This document shows, one piece after another, positions 63,187 through 64,000 of a stretch of DNA of 64,000 nucleotides. The notes beneath the pieces were generated by a model. The model saw nothing but the letters and a program-made list of their open reading frames with translations. It searched no databases and was not told the DNA's origin. How positions within the stretch are numbered: position 1 is the first letter of the stretch; every line of letters begins with the position of its first letter. Position numbers and translations under genes: made by a program. Source of the stretch: Entomortierella parvispora E1425 (lineage: Eukaryota > Fungi > Mortierellomycota); assembly GCA_020891255.1 (NCBI GenBank), contig BQFW01000010.1, positions 1,240,001 through 1,304,000 on the forward strand, in the 5' to 3' direction.

Positions 63187-64000
63187 TTATTCTGTGGCCA
63201 ATTTTTGATTTGATATGAGCAGCAATGCATTTGAGCTTAGAATACTTACATAATTTGAGCTGAGACTCAATTCCTGCATGGCACCTGCTTCGGTGCACGA
63301 GGACTGTGATGGTTCCCCAGTCGAAGTCGATCTGGTGTTGGAAGAAAGCGACCAGGTGGGTCGCTTTGGGTCAAAGGGCGGCAGCGTGGCTCGGTCCTCT
63401 GGGTCCGATGTGACGAGAACATAGCCCGCCAATGCAATGTTGACCGCGGCATTTGTGTCGCGTCCTCGTTGGGTGTATCCCACCTTGTATGATTCGCAGT
63501 CAGGGTTGGTGCATTCGATAGCACCGTGGACACGAACCAATCTCATCTCCCCATCCTTCTTTCTCCGTGCTCGCGCTAAACGGACCAACTGGAAACAAAA
63601 TGGACAAGTTTGTGACGACTTGTGCTCGGGGGTCTTCGCGACTGGGGTGTACCTCATGTGCCTCTCCGGCACCTTATTCCCCCCCATTTTCGAGTGCCCC
63701 TTCAATCGTGACCCTACACCCAAACCTGCATCACCGTGTAGCATGAGCGGGATCACAACTGGTCTCGACTTTGGGCAAGCTTCGAGGTGTTGGAGGGACA
63801 TCCGTGGCCTCTCCGGGCTTGTTCGATCTAGCGTAGGTTCAGGTCGGTGATGTATACCACACTTGAGGCAAAATCCGTTGGTCTGAAGTCGGGGCGGGGC
63901 CGTTATCAGCAAAGAAGGTATTAGCGGAGACTGCAATGATGATGGTAGCAAGGATGCATCTGCAGTAACTAGACGGGCGAAGAAAAAAAATCCAATCAAT
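63187..64000 (-). CDS. Fanzor/TnpB-like RNA-guided nuclease, C-terminal portion (runs off window end)
   Basis: LMLHGDAGLGVGSRLKGH (Gly at the canonical RuvC-II position), TPEHKSSQTCPFC (downstream Glu + CxxC), ECTNPDC and RDTNAAVNIALAG (RuvC-III RDxNAAxNI). RuvC-I is not in the window. Confidence 0.8.
   Translation of the reverse strand, partial: LIGFFFFARLVTADASLLPSSLQSPLIPSLLITAPPRLQTNGFCLKCGIHHRPEPTLDRTSPERPRMSLQHLEACPKSRPVVIPLMLHGDAGLGVGSRLKGHSKMGGNKVPERHMRYTPVAKTPEHKSSQTCPFCFQLVRLARARRKKDGEMRLVRVHGAIECTNPDCESYKVGYTQRGRDTNAAVNIALAGYVLVTSDPEDRATLPPFDPKRPTWSLSSNTRSTSTGEPSQSSCTEAGAMQELSLSSNYVSILSSNALLLISNQKLATE

Overview
Eukaryotic, intron-rich fungal DNA with GT-AG introns and many SSRs and poly-A/T tracts. 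The gene style suggests Mortierellaceae/Mucoromycota, but that is inference. From 1 to about 60.4 kb the window holds 16 host genes: eIF2B-epsilon (GCD6), an F-box-like protein, an alkaline-ceramidase-like CREST protein, a PP1-docking-motif protein, a PAA1-like GNAT, proteasome alpha5 (PUP2), DNA ligase IV, a PAH-only Sin3-like protein, an Elongin-B-like protein, a hypothetical protein, a UNC-93-like MFS protein, an FHA/SLMAP-like protein, acyl-CoA oxidase, a DENN+C1 protein, EAF3/MRG15 and TRM8. An apparently gene-free stretch of about 8.9 kb lies at 10-18.9 kb. The last 3.6 kb are mobile-element-like and are the most interesting part. An intact 5-exon Crypton/Ndc10-type tyrosine recombinase gene (all catalytic motifs visible) is bracketed by a 48/47-bp direct repeat that duplicates the last codons and stop of TRM8. 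The repeat contains a 34-bp imperfect palindrome with loxP-like 13-8-13 geometry. Immediately beyond the right repeat, converging on it, is the C-terminal part of a Fanzor/TnpB-like RNA-guided nuclease ORF. Its 3' end carries small hairpins and abuts the repeat, where an omegaRNA guide would be expected. Exon boundaries were read by eye and are approximate.
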